From positions 9,352-73,351 of the forward strand of contig JANYFN010000106.1 in the NCBI GenBank assembly GCA_025362675.1: DNA of 64,000 nucleotides, given 5' to 3'. The notes below the pieces were generated by a model that was not told the origin of the DNA, ran no database searches, and saw only the letters and a list, made by a program, of their open reading frames with translations. Origin of the DNA: Limisphaerales bacterium. GTDB lineage: Bacteria; Verrucomicrobiota; Verrucomicrobiia; Limisphaerales; UBA11358. Position numbers and translations under genes: made by a program. Below, piece after piece: positions 9,948 through 19,071 of the stretch. Position 1 is the first letter of the stretch, and every line of letters begins with the position of its first letter.

Positions 9948-10793
9948 TCAGGCTGGATTGATCAGGTTTTTTTCCGAAGGGACAATTGGTTTTAACGGTG
10001 CGGCCGACGACGGCTTGCGATGCGCACGGACTTCTAAAAATTCAATCAACTGCTCGCGCAATTGATAATAATCAGGATGCTCCATCACGGCTTTGCGTTC
10101 GCGCGGCCGGGGAAAATTCACGGTCATAATTTCACCGACTTCCGCCGCCGGACCGTCGGTCATACACACGATGCGGTCACTCAAAAATAATGCCTCATCC
10201 ACGTCATGCGTGACCATCAGGGCAGTGATTTTATTTTTGCGCCAAAGTTCGATCAACACTTGTTGCAATTCGTAGCGCGTCAGCGAGTCCAACATCCCAA
10301 ACGGCTCATCGAGCAACAGCATTTTTGGCTTCAGCGCGAACGCCCGCGCGATGCCCACCCGCTGCCGCATGCCCTGAGATAATTCAGCCGGCTTCTTATG
10401 CATCGAATCGCCCAGACCAACCACCGTCAAGTAATACTCAACGATCTCCGCGCGCTCGGCTTTACTCGCAGTGAAAAAAACTTGTTCCACCCCCAGCATC
10501 ACATTTTCGTAAGCGGTCATCCACGGCAACAGCGACGGTGATTGGAAGACCACGCCGCGATCCGGCCCGGCCCCAGAAAGCTCGCGGCCAGCCAAAATAA
10601 TTCCGCCTTCGGAGATATCACTCAATCCCGCGAGCATCGAAAGCACCGTCGATTTGCCACAACCCGAATGGCCAATGAGCGTGATGAATTCACCCTGCTG
10701 GATTTTAAGGTTAAAATCTCTCACGATCACCGCGTTCCCTTTCGGCGTCGGATAAATTTTTGCAAGTTTTGAAAGCTCGACGTAAGTGCTCAT
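9948..10793 (-). CDS. nrtD: nitrate/nitrite ABC transporter ATP-binding subunit
   Basis: Walker A is GHSGCGKST, the signature is [14 protein letters not shown] and Walker B is LLLDEPFG. It overlaps the upstream ATPase gene by 4 nt. Confidence 0.8.
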   Translation of the reverse strand: MSTYVELSKLAKIYPTPKGNAVIVRDFNLKIQQGEFITLIGHSGCGKSTVLSMLAGLSDISEGGIILAGRELSGAGPDRGVVFQSPSLLPWMTAYENVMLGVEQVFFTASKAERAEIVEYYLTVVGLGDSMHKKPAELSQGMRQRVGIARAFALKPKMLLLDEPFGMLDSLTRYELQQVLIELWRKNKITALMVTHDVDEALFLSDRIVCMTDGPAAEVGEIMTVNFPRPRERKAVMEHPDYYQLREQLIEFLEVRAHRKPSSAAPLKPIVPSEKNLINPA

Positions 10794-11695
10794 GGTTTTA
10801 CCTCCACGGATTCTTCTTTTTGTTCGCGCTTACGGATCGGCGTCTTGCGCCAGGCAGTCATCGTGCGCGGGATGTTCAAATCCTCCGGTTCAATATCCGG
10901 CAAAATCATTTTCTTTGTGATCGCCGTATGCCGTTCCGACTTCGAACCAAGCATGAACTCAACAATATCCCGGCGCAGTTGTTTGAAATGCTCGTTATGA
11001 TTAATGGATTTGCGGTCACGCGGCCGCGGGATTCCGACCTTAAACGATGGCCCCAGTGTGGCGTTCGGCCCGGCGGTCAGCGGAATAATTCTGTCGGCGA
11101 GATAAATTCCTTCATCAGGATCGTTGGTGATGAGCACAACGGTCTTTTTATCCTCCGACCAGATGCGGGAAATTTCATCCTGCAACGTCGCACGCGTCAG
11201 CGCGTCCAACGCGCTCAGCGGCTCATCAAGCAACAGAATTTGCGGATTCATCGCCAGTGCCCGGGCCACCGAAACGCGCTGCCGCATACCACCCGAAAGT
11301 TCACTGGGCTTTTTGTTGCGCGCCGGCGTGAGGTTCACCATGGCGATGTATTTTTCGACGTGTTCCTTGAGCTTGTCTGGACTCCAATTCGGATTCACGG
11401 CCTCCGCCGCCAGCAAGATATTTTCAAAAACCGTCAGCCAGGGAAGCAGTGAATAATTTTGAAAAACTATGCCGCGATCCGGGCCCGGCTCCGTGATTTC
11501 CCGACCATTCAACTTCAGCGAACCACTGGTAGGCTTGAGCAAACCCGCGATCATGGAAATCAAAGTCGTTTTGCCGGCGCCCGAAAAACCGACGATGGCC
11601 ACAAACTCACCCTGCTCCACCGCGAGGTTCACATCCTTCAGCACCGACGCGCCGCCGAAGCTTTTCGAGACGTTATTTAATTCGAGATATGCCAC
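10790..11695 (-). CDS. nrtC: nitrate/nitrite ABC transporter ATP-binding subunit
   Basis: Walker A is GFSGAGKTT, the signature is [14 protein letters not shown] and Walker B is LLLDEPLS. This is the short form, without the NrtA-like C-terminal domain seen in cyanobacterial NrtC. Confidence 0.8.
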   Translation of the reverse strand: MAYLELNNVSKSFGGASVLKDVNLAVEQGEFVAIVGFSGAGKTTLISMIAGLLKPTSGSLKLNGREITEPGPDRGIVFQNYSLLPWLTVFENILLAAEAVNPNWSPDKLKEHVEKYIAMVNLTPARNKKPSELSGGMRQRVSVARALAMNPQILLLDEPLSALDALTRATLQDEISRIWSEDKKTVVLITNDPDEGIYLADRIIPLTAGPNATLGPSFKVGIPRPRDRKSINHNEHFKQLRRDIVEFMLGSKSERHTAITKKMILPDIEPEDLNIPRTMTAWRKTPIRKREQKEESVEVKP

Positions 11696-11708
11696 AAAAA
11701 TATTTTAA

Positions 11709-12494
11709 TCAGGCGGTTTTAAATTTCTTTTCCACCAGGCTCATCAAGCGATCCAAGATGAAGCCCACCACCCCAATCGTGACGATGCACAAAATGATAT
11801 GCTCGTAGATGAGCGCGTTATATTCCTGCCACAAAAAACCGCCGACGCCGGGGCGTCCCGTCAACATTTCTGCCGCCACAATCACGAGCCACGCGATGCC
11901 CAAGCTCAAACGAAAGCCCGTGAACATATACGGCAGCGAGGCGGGGATGAGCACTTTGAACAACGTTTTGGTGCGTGAGAGTTTCAACACTTTAGCAACG
12001 TTCAAATAATCTTGCGGGATAGCGCGCACCCCAACGGCGGTGTTCAAAACCGTGGGCCACATGGAGCAGATGGCGATGGTAAATAAGGCGCCCAGTTCGG
12101 AAGCATTTTTGCCCGCGCCCATGAACAGCACCAAGCCCAGCGGCAACCATGCGAGCGGTGAAACTGGTCGTAACACTTGGATGATCGGGTCAAAGGCTTT
12201 GGTAAACGTTTTGGAGAGTCCGAGAAAAAATCCAATCGGTGTGCCGATGACGAGCGCCAGGAAATATCCTTTCGCCACCAGAATCAGGGAATACCAGGTG
12301 AACCGTAAAATTCCCTGATCCATCTCACCGCGTTTCGCAAACGGCTCCATGATGTAGGGCTTGCTGATCTCCCAGGTTTTTGCAGGCGTGGGCAAATCTT
12401 TCGCCCACGTTGCGCAGGAGGCCTGCCACAGCAACAGCACCACCGCGACGCCGATGAGCGGCAAAACGAGCCAGTCAAATTTGAATGATTTCAT
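11709..12494 (-). CDS. nrtB: nitrate/nitrite ABC transporter permease
   Basis: It is a multi-TM BPD-type permease with an EAA-like loop (AKVLKLSRTKTLFKVLIPASLP). The ATG at 12494 is preferred over the TTG at 12512. Confidence 0.85.
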   Translation of the reverse strand: MKSFKFDWLVLPLIGVAVVLLLWQASCATWAKDLPTPAKTWEISKPYIMEPFAKRGEMDQGILRFTWYSLILVAKGYFLALVIGTPIGFFLGLSKTFTKAFDPIIQVLRPVSPLAWLPLGLVLFMGAGKNASELGALFTIAICSMWPTVLNTAVGVRAIPQDYLNVAKVLKLSRTKTLFKVLIPASLPYMFTGFRLSLGIAWLVIVAAEMLTGRPGVGGFLWQEYNALIYEHIILCIVTIGVVGFILDRLMSLVEKKFKTA

Positions 12495-12516
12495 AAATGT
12501 TGTTTCACGCAAAGGC

Positions 12517-12619
12517 GTCTTGGATTGCGGTGGCAGAGCACAGCGGCGACACCGCTTTTGCTAGCCATGAAAGCGTCCGAAAGCGGCGTGGCGCTGCGCT
12601 TCCCGTCGCAGTCCAAGAC
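12517..12619. repeat. 103-bp long-palindrome repeat, family A copy 1 (inside the nrtA-nrtB spacer)
   Basis: The ends gtcttggattgcg and cgcagtccaagac are reverse complements. The left arm matches the reverse complement of the right arm of the copy at 23620..23748. Confidence 0.85.
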
Positions 12620-12647
12620 GTTTTCATTTTTTTGTGTGTCATCTGGT

Positions 12648-13931
12648 TCAACCCTTCACGCTGTTGACCGCGAAACCCTTGGCATACGCTTCCAAATCAG
12701 TCGTCGGATCGAACGTTACCCCGTCGAACAATGTTTCTTTGTCATTGTTCAGGCCACCGTGCGCGTATCCGATTTCCTTCATCGCGTCTTCGTAAATATC
12801 CGGGCGCATGACTTGTTTGGTGATGCCTTCGTAATCGGGCGCACCTTTGACCAAGCCCCAGCGGCGATATTGCGATAGGAACCACTTGGCGTATTTCGGC
12901 TGCGGATAATTGCAATTCCGCTGGCTGTAAATCATGTAGTTCGGATCTTCCTTGGTGCGACCATCGCCGTAGTCGTAATGACCTTGCAAGCGCCCGAGAA
13001 TCGTTTTCGGATCGCAGTTGATGTAAGTCGGCTTGCTGACAATCTCGGCTTGTTCCGGGCGATTGCTCAGGTCATCGAGCCACACGCTCGCTTCATGGAG
13101 CGCTTTCAAAACGGCTTTCACCGACTTGGGATTTTTATCAGCAAACTCGGCGAGAAACGCGCAAACTTTTTCCGGATGATCTTTCCAAATATCCTGCGTG
13201 CTGACGGAAGTGAAACCGATTTTATCCGCGATGGCGCGGGCGTTCCACGGTTCACCCACACAGAAGCCATCCATTTTTCCAATCCGCATATTCGCCACCA
13301 TCTGCGGCGGCGGCACGGTGATGAGTGAAATATCCTTATCCGGATTGACGCCACCGGCGGCGAGATAATAACGCATCCACATCGCATGCGTTCCCGGTGG
13401 GAAAGTCATCGCAAATGTGAGCGGTTCGCCCAAGCTTTTTGCCTGCTCGACAAATGGCTTAATCGCTTTTGGATCCGCCCCGACCTTGCCTTTCCACTCG
13501 GATTTCAACGTGATCGCCTGGCCGTTGCGATTCATCAGCCACGGGACAATCATCGGTTTTTTTGGTGAACCCGCGAGCCCCATCGTCGAGGCCAGCGGCA
13601 TACCGATGAGCATGTGGGTGGCTTGAATCGTGCCGCTCGAAAGACTGTCGCGGATGGCCGCCCAATTCGCGCCTTTGGTCACAGTGGATTCAATTCCGTA
13701 TTTTTTGAACAACCCTTTTTCATGAGCGATGACAATGGGTGAGCAATCGGTAAGCGCGATCATGCCGAAGTTCAGCGCAGCCGTTTCGGGGGCATCACTG
13801 GCGTAAGCGGTGCCGACCCAGCCTTTGGGCAGGCCAGCAAAGAGCGCAGTGAGCGTTGCGCCCTTGACGGCTTTGCGGAGAAAGGAGCGACGGGAAAGGT
13901 CAGGCCGCGATGAGTTCATTTTCGTTTTCAT
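12648..13931 (-). CDS. nrtA: periplasmic nitrate/nitrite-binding protein with Tat signal
   Basis: The twin-arginine leader is SRRSFLRKAVKGATLTAL. NMT1/NrtA-family motifs are present (LTDCSPIVIAHEKGLFKKYG..., GFCVGEPWN). Confidence 0.85.
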   Translation of the reverse strand: MKTKMNSSRPDLSRRSFLRKAVKGATLTALFAGLPKGWVGTAYASDAPETAALNFGMIALTDCSPIVIAHEKGLFKKYGIESTVTKGANWAAIRDSLSSGTIQATHMLIGMPLASTMGLAGSPKKPMIVPWLMNRNGQAITLKSEWKGKVGADPKAIKPFVEQAKSLGEPLTFAMTFPPGTHAMWMRYYLAAGGVNPDKDISLITVPPPQMVANMRIGKMDGFCVGEPWNARAIADKIGFTSVSTQDIWKDHPEKVCAFLAEFADKNPKSVKAVLKALHEASVWLDDLSNRPEQAEIVSKPTYINCDPKTILGRLQGHYDYGDGRTKEDPNYMIYSQRNCNYPQPKYAKWFLSQYRRWGLVKGAPDYEGITKQVMRPDIYEDAMKEIGYAHGGLNNDKETLFDGVTFDPTTDLEAYAKGFAVNSVKG

Positions 13932-15003
13932 GAGTGAATAAGTTGGTGGTTTCGGGAAAAATTTTTCGAGCTTGTTGATGAAGGTCGGCGCGGTAAATCC
14001 GGCGTCCGAGACTGAAATTCAAAGCGGCGGGTTCGGGGCAGAGACCGCTGGCACGGATGAGTTGCAACGCCCACGCTGCTTTGTCGCCGGAAGGTTCGTT
14101 GACCGTGTCGCCGTGGAAGACAAAAAAATCTTTAATCAATTTTGTCTGCGCTTGCCCACAATCCAAGCGGCCACTCAAACCGCGCAGGAGAATTTCTGCC
14201 GACACGCCGACATACTCGGGCCGCGCCAAAGTCCGGCTTATTTCGTCATGATTCTCCGGCTTTGCGCAAAATTCGCAGGCCATCATCAGGGCTGCCACCA
14301 TAGCAAGATGTTCGTTAGCGCATTGCTCCGCAAAATCGCGCCGCACCATCAACACTTTTTCAGCATGGCCAAAATCGAGCTCGGCACTGGCGGCCACCAC
14401 CCAGCCCGCCCGGGCCTGAACCGCGACTGAATTCCACGGTTCGCCGGAACAAAACCCGTCCAGATTCCCGGCTTTGAGATTCACCGCCATTTGGGGCGGC
14501 GGCACGATGACGATGCGCACGTCTTTGTCTGGATCAATGCCATGAACGGAAAGCCATTGGCGTAATACGTGGCGGTGGGAGGAAAAAGGGAACACGACCC
14601 CGAATGTAAAAATCTTTTCGCGACGCGCATCACGGATGGCGGTGCGTAGTGAATGTCCATCGCGCACGCCGCGTTTCCACAAGTCATTTGAAAGGGTGAT
14701 GGCGTTGCCGTTGAGATTCAGCACCAACGCGGTGAGGCAATCGACGGCGATTGATCCCAGACCGAGCGTCGCCGCCAGCGGCATGGCAGCAATCGCGTGG
14801 GCAGCTTCTAATTCGCCATGCACTACTTTGTCGCGCACGGTGGCCCACCCAAGTTCGCGGCTTAATTTCACGCGCAGACCGAATTTTTTAAAGAGACCAA
14901 GCTGATCCGCCATCACTAAAGGCGCGCAATCGGTCAGCGGCACAAAGCCAAGCCGCAATGTCCTCGGCATATTGATTTGAGTTGGCTGATTTTTTTTGTT
15001 CAC
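13900..15003 (-). CDS. cytoplasmic NrtA/NasS-like nitrate-binding protein (no signal peptide)
   Basis: It shares the core motifs of NrtA (LRLGFVPLTDCAPLVMADQLGLFKKFG, GFCSGEPWN) but has no leader. It is the first gene of the minus-strand operon. Confidence 0.7.
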   Translation of the reverse strand: MNKKNQPTQINMPRTLRLGFVPLTDCAPLVMADQLGLFKKFGLRVKLSRELGWATVRDKVVHGELEAAHAIAAMPLAATLGLGSIAVDCLTALVLNLNGNAITLSNDLWKRGVRDGHSLRTAIRDARREKIFTFGVVFPFSSHRHVLRQWLSVHGIDPDKDVRIVIVPPPQMAVNLKAGNLDGFCSGEPWNSVAVQARAGWVVAASAELDFGHAEKVLMVRRDFAEQCANEHLAMVAALMMACEFCAKPENHDEISRTLARPEYVGVSAEILLRGLSGRLDCGQAQTKLIKDFFVFHGDTVNEPSGDKAAWALQLIRASGLCPEPAALNFSLGRRIYRADLHQQARKIFPETTNLFTHENENELIAA

Positions 15004-15118
15004 TTCGTGGCAATTTGAGTTGCTGTGCGATTACTAAGCCGTGTTCGTGCCATTCGTGTTTTTTGGCGCAATGAATGCTTTGATTTGTAGGCATAGATAG
15101 AATGAAAGTAATTCATAT
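15004..15118. promoter_or_regulatory. divergent promoter/operator region between the nitrate operon and the LysR gene
   Basis: This 115-bp AT-enriched spacer lies between divergent genes. It contains an ATGC-N12-GCAT dyad (atgctttgatttgtaggcat) of the T-N11-A type used by LysR regulators. Confidence 0.4.
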
Positions 15119-16045
15119 ATGAAAGAACCTCTCGATAGCAGGCAACTACGCGCCTTCTGCGTGCTGGCGCGCACCGGCAGCTTTACGCAGACCGCGCGTG
15201 AATTGCATTTGACGCAATCCGGCATCAGCCACTCCATGAAGGCGCTGGAACGTGAATCCGGCTGTCGCCTTTTAGACAGGCTGGGCAAAAAAGTGGTGCT
15301 CACCCAAGCCGGTGAACAACTTTTACAACACGCGGATAAAATTTTGGCGGAAATGGAGGCGGCCAGAAATTCGCTCAGCGCTCTGGGCAAGTGGGGTCGC
15401 GGTCGCCTGCGACTTGGCGCGAGCACTACGGCGTGCCAGCATTTGATTCCGCCCGTGCTGCGCGAATTCAAAGAAAGTTTTCCGGAACACGCCATTTCGC
15501 TGGAGCCGGGCGACACCCCGGAATTAGTGAATGCCTTGCTGAAACAGCGGATTGATCTCGCGCTCTCACTCGAGGTGGAAGGCGAATCGCAACTTGAATT
15601 TCATCCATTATTCTCCGATGAATTACACTTTATCGTCTCGGCACTGCATCCGTGGGCGCGCTCGGGAAAAGTAGATCGCGAAGAAATTCCCCGTCAAAGT
15701 TACATTCTCTACAGCAAGCGCAGCGTCACCTTCCGGTTGGTGGAACACTATTTCCGGCGGGAAGAAATGGTGCTCAATACCGTGCTCGAAGTCGGTAGCA
15801 TGGAAGCCACCAAAGAACTCGTCAAACTGGGTCTCGGCGTGAGTATTCTCGCACCGTGGATTTGCCGGAAAGAAATCGAAGACGGCTCGCTCACCGCCCT
15901 GCCGCTCGGACGAAAAAAATTATCGCGTCGCTGGGGTATCATTCATTGGCGCGGGAAAAGGTTGAATCTCGCCGAAGAAACTTTTATCGGTCTTTGCGAA
16001 TCGGCCTGTGCCACCTTGCGGCTCGATTCGCCCGCCCACGCATGA
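15119..16045 (+). CDS. LysR-family transcriptional regulator
   Basis: The N-terminal wHTH is LRAFCVLARTGSFTQTARELHLTQSGISHSMKALE, followed by a LysR substrate-binding domain. It is divergent from the nitrate operon. Confidence 0.85.
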   Translation: MKEPLDSRQLRAFCVLARTGSFTQTARELHLTQSGISHSMKALERESGCRLLDRLGKKVVLTQAGEQLLQHADKILAEMEAARNSLSALGKWGRGRLRLGASTTACQHLIPPVLREFKESFPEHAISLEPGDTPELVNALLKQRIDLALSLEVEGESQLEFHPLFSDELHFIVSALHPWARSGKVDREEIPRQSYILYSKRSVTFRLVEHYFRREEMVLNTVLEVGSMEATKELVKLGLGVSILAPWICRKEIEDGSLTALPLGRKKLSRRWGIIHWRGKRLNLAEETFIGLCESACATLRLDSPAHA

Positions 16046-16147
16046 ACCTCAAGCGGCAACCACACCTAAAACCCAGAACGCGTGATCCCCGACCCTGTCG
16101 TTTTGCGGGTGACAAATAGCGCCGATAAGCGGCACACTGATTTCGCC

Positions 16148-16387
16148 ATGCGCGTTTTATTATTCGCTCAAATTAAAGATGCCGTTGGAGCGGCCGAACT
16201 GGATGTGAAAATTTCCGGCGAGGTGAAACTGGCGGAAATTTGGAAGGCCTTGGTCGCCATTCAGCCGAAACTTGCCGGATTTGAAACCTCCACCCGGGTC
16301 GCGCGGAACGGCGAATACGCGGATGCTGAAACATTATTTTCCGATCGCGACGAAGCCGCGTTAATCCCCCCGGTATCGGGTGGCTGA
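16148..16387 (+). CDS. moaD: molybdopterin synthase sulfur-carrier subunit
   Basis: The 79-aa product begins MRVLLFAQIKDAVG and ends in the diagnostic GG (PPVSGG). Its stop is adjacent to the moaE start. Confidence 0.8.
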   Translation: MRVLLFAQIKDAVGAAELDVKISGEVKLAEIWKALVAIQPKLAGFETSTRVARNGEYADAETLFSDRDEAALIPPVSGG

Positions 16388-16388
16388 A

Positions 16389-18032
16389 ATGAAAATTAAA
16401 ATTCAACTTACGGATGCACCCATCATCGCGCCAGAACGGCCACTGGAGTTTTCCAGTCAGGCTGGGGCGGTCGCAGAATTTTCTGGAATCGTTCGCGACC
16501 TGGAAAATGGCGGAAAAATTTCTGCCCTCGAATACGAAGCCTATTCGCCGATGGCCGAAAATCAGATACGGCAGATTTTGGAAGCGCTCGCGGAAAAACA
16601 TCCGTGCCTCGCCGCGCACGTCATTCATCGCATCGGTGTAATTCCCGTCGGAGAAACGGCGATTTACGTTGGTATCATTAGCAAACATCGCGGCGAAGCG
16701 TTCGCGCTGCTGACGGAATTCATGAACCGGCTGAAACAAGATGTGCCGATTTGGAAACGACGCTCGTTGCCCGCAGCGCCGGGAGAACAAGGCTCCGAAA
16801 AACCCAAGCACAACCCAACTGCTGCGGGTCACAAGCCTGCGCTCCTCTCGCTCGACGAAGCCCTCGCAGAAATTTTATCGCGCTGCCCGCCGTTGCCCGC
16901 CGTCCGTGTCCCGCTCGCCGAATCGTTCGGCCTTATCCTGCGCGAAACAGTTTACGCCGCTGAAGATTTTCCATCCGGCGACCGTTCCACGCGCGACGGT
17001 TTTGCCATTTTGCGCGATGACATTTCCGAAATATTTTCCATCGTGGACACCCTGCACGCGGCGGACTGGAAACCGCGCCAACTAAAACTTGGCGAAGCCG
17101 TGCGCGTGGCAACCGGCGCGTCCATGCCCTGCGAAAATCTGCGCGTCGTCATGCAAGAAAATGTCGAACGCACCGGGGACAACATAGAAATTTTGCGGCG
17201 CGATGAGTCATTAAACATCCGGCAGCGCGGCGAGGAAATGCGCACCGGCAGCACTATTTTATCGGCGGGAACAAAATTAAATCCTGGCGCGCTGGCGTTG
17301 CTCGCCACCGTTGGCCACACGCAACCGCTGTTGAGTCCAAAACTGCGCGTGCTGCATTTCACCACCGGCGATGAAATTATTTCACCCGAGCAAAAACCAC
17401 AGCCCGGCCAAATCCGCGACAGCAATTCCATTTTGATCCGCACGCTGCTGGAGCAATTTCAGTGCGACGTGATTCAAAAACATTTACCGGAAGATTTTGA
17501 GACGGCAAAAATGGCCATCGAAACCTTCAACCTTAAACCTTCAACCTTCAATCTGATTTTGGTTTCCGGCGGCGCGAGCGTGGGCGACAAAGATTTCACG
17601 CGTCCACTTTTGGAGTGGCTGGGATTTGAAATTATTTTTAACCGCGTGAACATCCGGCCCGGTGCGCCGCTGATTTTTGGTGTGGACGGCTCGCACGTGG
17701 CATTTGGTCTGCCGGGAAATCCTTTGTCACACTTTGTCTGTTTTCATGTGTTCGTCGCGGCAGCGCTGGCGAAAATGAGCGGCACGGAGAAAAAATCATT
17801 TTCCATCGGGCGGCTCACAGCAACACTGGACGACGAAGCCAATCCGCGCGAAACTCTTTCGCCCGCTTGCTGTGACGGGCGTGACGGCGAGATGAAATTG
17901 AAACCGTTGCCTTGGAGCAGCTCCGGCGACGTGAAATGTTTGGCCGAAGCCAACGCGTTGATTCGCGTGCCGCCAAATCAGGGCTCAATTGCGGCAGGCA
18001 GTCAGGTAAGTTTTGTTCCGTTAGATTTTTGA
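16389..18032 (+). CDS. fusion of molybdopterin synthase catalytic subunit (MoaE) and molybdopterin molybdenumtransferase (MoeA)
   Basis: The first ~125 aa are MoaE-like (AVAEFSGIVRD...ALEYEAY...GETAIYVGIISKHRGEAF...DVPIWKRR). A Pro/Lys-rich linker follows, then full-length MoeA (LLSLDEALAEIL...RDGFAI...GGASVGDKDF...PGNPLSHFV). Confidence 0.85.
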   Translation: MKIKIQLTDAPIIAPERPLEFSSQAGAVAEFSGIVRDLENGGKISALEYEAYSPMAENQIRQILEALAEKHPCLAAHVIHRIGVIPVGETAIYVGIISKHRGEAFALLTEFMNRLKQDVPIWKRRSLPAAPGEQGSEKPKHNPTAAGHKPALLSLDEALAEILSRCPPLPAVRVPLAESFGLILRETVYAAEDFPSGDRSTRDGFAILRDDISEIFSIVDTLHAADWKPRQLKLGEAVRVATGASMPCENLRVVMQENVERTGDNIEILRRDESLNIRQRGEEMRTGSTILSAGTKLNPGALALLATVGHTQPLLSPKLRVLHFTTGDEIISPEQKPQPGQIRDSNSILIRTLLEQFQCDVIQKHLPEDFETAKMAIETFNLKPSTFNLILVSGGASVGDKDFTRPLLEWLGFEIIFNRVNIRPGAPLIFGVDGSHVAFGLPGNPLSHFVCFHVFVAAALAKMSGTEKKSFSIGRLTATLDDEANPRETLSPACCDGRDGEMKLKPLPWSSSGDVKCLAEANALIRVPPNQGSIAAGSQVSFVPLDF

Positions 18033-18047
18033 CCCAAAGAATTTTCG

Positions 18048-18503
18048 ATGAAACCAGAGAAAACATTTTCGCATCTCGACCCACAAGGTAACGCCAAGAT
18101 GGTGAACGTCGGCGCCAAACCCATGCAACAACGGCGGGCGGTGGCGACGGCCAAACTGGTTTGCTCGCCCGCGACGATACGTGCGCTAAAAAAAAATGCG
18201 CTGCCCAAAGGTGATGTTTTGACGGTGGCGCAGATCGCCGGCATCCAGGCGGCGAAGCGGACGAGTGAATTGATTCCGCTGTGTCATCCACTGGCGTTGT
18301 GCCACGTCGAAGTTAATTTCCAAGTGAAAAATAATTTCGTGGAAATTTTTTGTGCGGCGGAAACGAGTGCGCAGACCGGCGTGGAAATGGAAGCGCTCAC
18401 CGGCGCGAGCGTGGCGGCCTTGACGCTTTACGACATGTGCAAGGCGGTAGATAAAACGATGCGGATTGACGGCGTGCGCGTTTTAGAAAAAATAAAGAAA
18501 TGA
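18048..18503 (+). CDS. moaC: cyclic pyranopterin monophosphate synthase
   Basis: Matching motifs are FSHLDPQGNAKMVNVGAK...TSELIPLCHPL...TGVEMEALTGASVAALTLYDMCKA. Confidence 0.9.
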   Translation: MKPEKTFSHLDPQGNAKMVNVGAKPMQQRRAVATAKLVCSPATIRALKKNALPKGDVLTVAQIAGIQAAKRTSELIPLCHPLALCHVEVNFQVKNNFVEIFCAAETSAQTGVEMEALTGASVAALTLYDMCKAVDKTMRIDGVRVLEKIKK

Positions 18504-18505
18504 AT

Positions 18506-18580
18506 CTCACGCAAAGGCGCAAAGAGTTTACGCTCCGCAAAATCACTTCGCGTCTCTGCGTCTTTGCGTGAGTTTTTTTT
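18506..18580 (+). terminator. terminator-like long hairpin plus T8 between moaC and mog
   Basis: The arms are ctcacgcaaaggcgcaaagag and ctctgcgtctttgcgtgag (imperfect reverse complements), followed by tttttttt. The T run ends 3 nt before the mog start. Confidence 0.5.
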
Positions 18581-18583
18581 GAC

Positions 18584-19069
18584 ATGAAAATCGGACGCAT
18601 CACTATCAGCGACCGCGCGAGCGCGGGAATTTACGCGGACAAAAGCGGGCCGGAGATTGAAAATGTTTTGTCAGAATTTTTTGGCCGCGAGCTAAAATTC
18701 ATTTCGCGGATCGTGCCGGATGAAGGGGCGCAGATCGCAGCGGCGTTGAAAGATTTGGCTGATGCGGAAAAATGTGATTTGATTGTCACGACCGGTGGCA
18801 CCGGCATTTCGCCGCGCGATGTCACGCCAGAAGCCACGAAATCAGTGTTGGAAAAAGAGCTCCCCGGCTTCGGTGAAGCGATGCGAATGCAGTCGTTGGC
18901 AAAAGTGAAAACGGCGATTTTGTCGCGCGCCACGGCCGGCACGCGTGGAAAAAGTTTGCTGGTTAATTTGCCGGGCAAACCGACGGCGGTGCGTGAGTGC
19001 TTGGAAATTCTGGCTGCCGCCATTCGTGAAGGTGTGGCACATTTGCGGGGCGAAGACCCGCACAAATAA
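18584..19069 (+). CDS. mog: molybdopterin adenylyltransferase (MogA/MoaB family)
   Basis: Matching motifs are ITISDRAS...DLIVTTGGTGISPRDVTPEAT...PGKPTAV. Confidence 0.85.
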   Translation: MKIGRITISDRASAGIYADKSGPEIENVLSEFFGRELKFISRIVPDEGAQIAAALKDLADAEKCDLIVTTGGTGISPRDVTPEATKSVLEKELPGFGEAMRMQSLAKVKTAILSRATAGTRGKSLLVNLPGKPTAVRECLEILAAAIREGVAHLRGEDPHK

Positions 19070-19071
19070 AA

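Noticed and set aside
10760-11452. A 230-aa plus-strand ORF. Similar long antisense ORFs occur at 16173..16832, 23772..24485, 49168..49896, 54317..55063 and 61384..62121.
   Set aside because: All are antisense to CDS with strong family motifs and have Arg-rich low-information translations.
16046-16147. A Moco riboswitch upstream of moaD.
   Set aside because: The spacer is only about 100 nt. I could not find the conserved Moco-motif stems or loops by eye. This needs a covariance-model scan before any claim.
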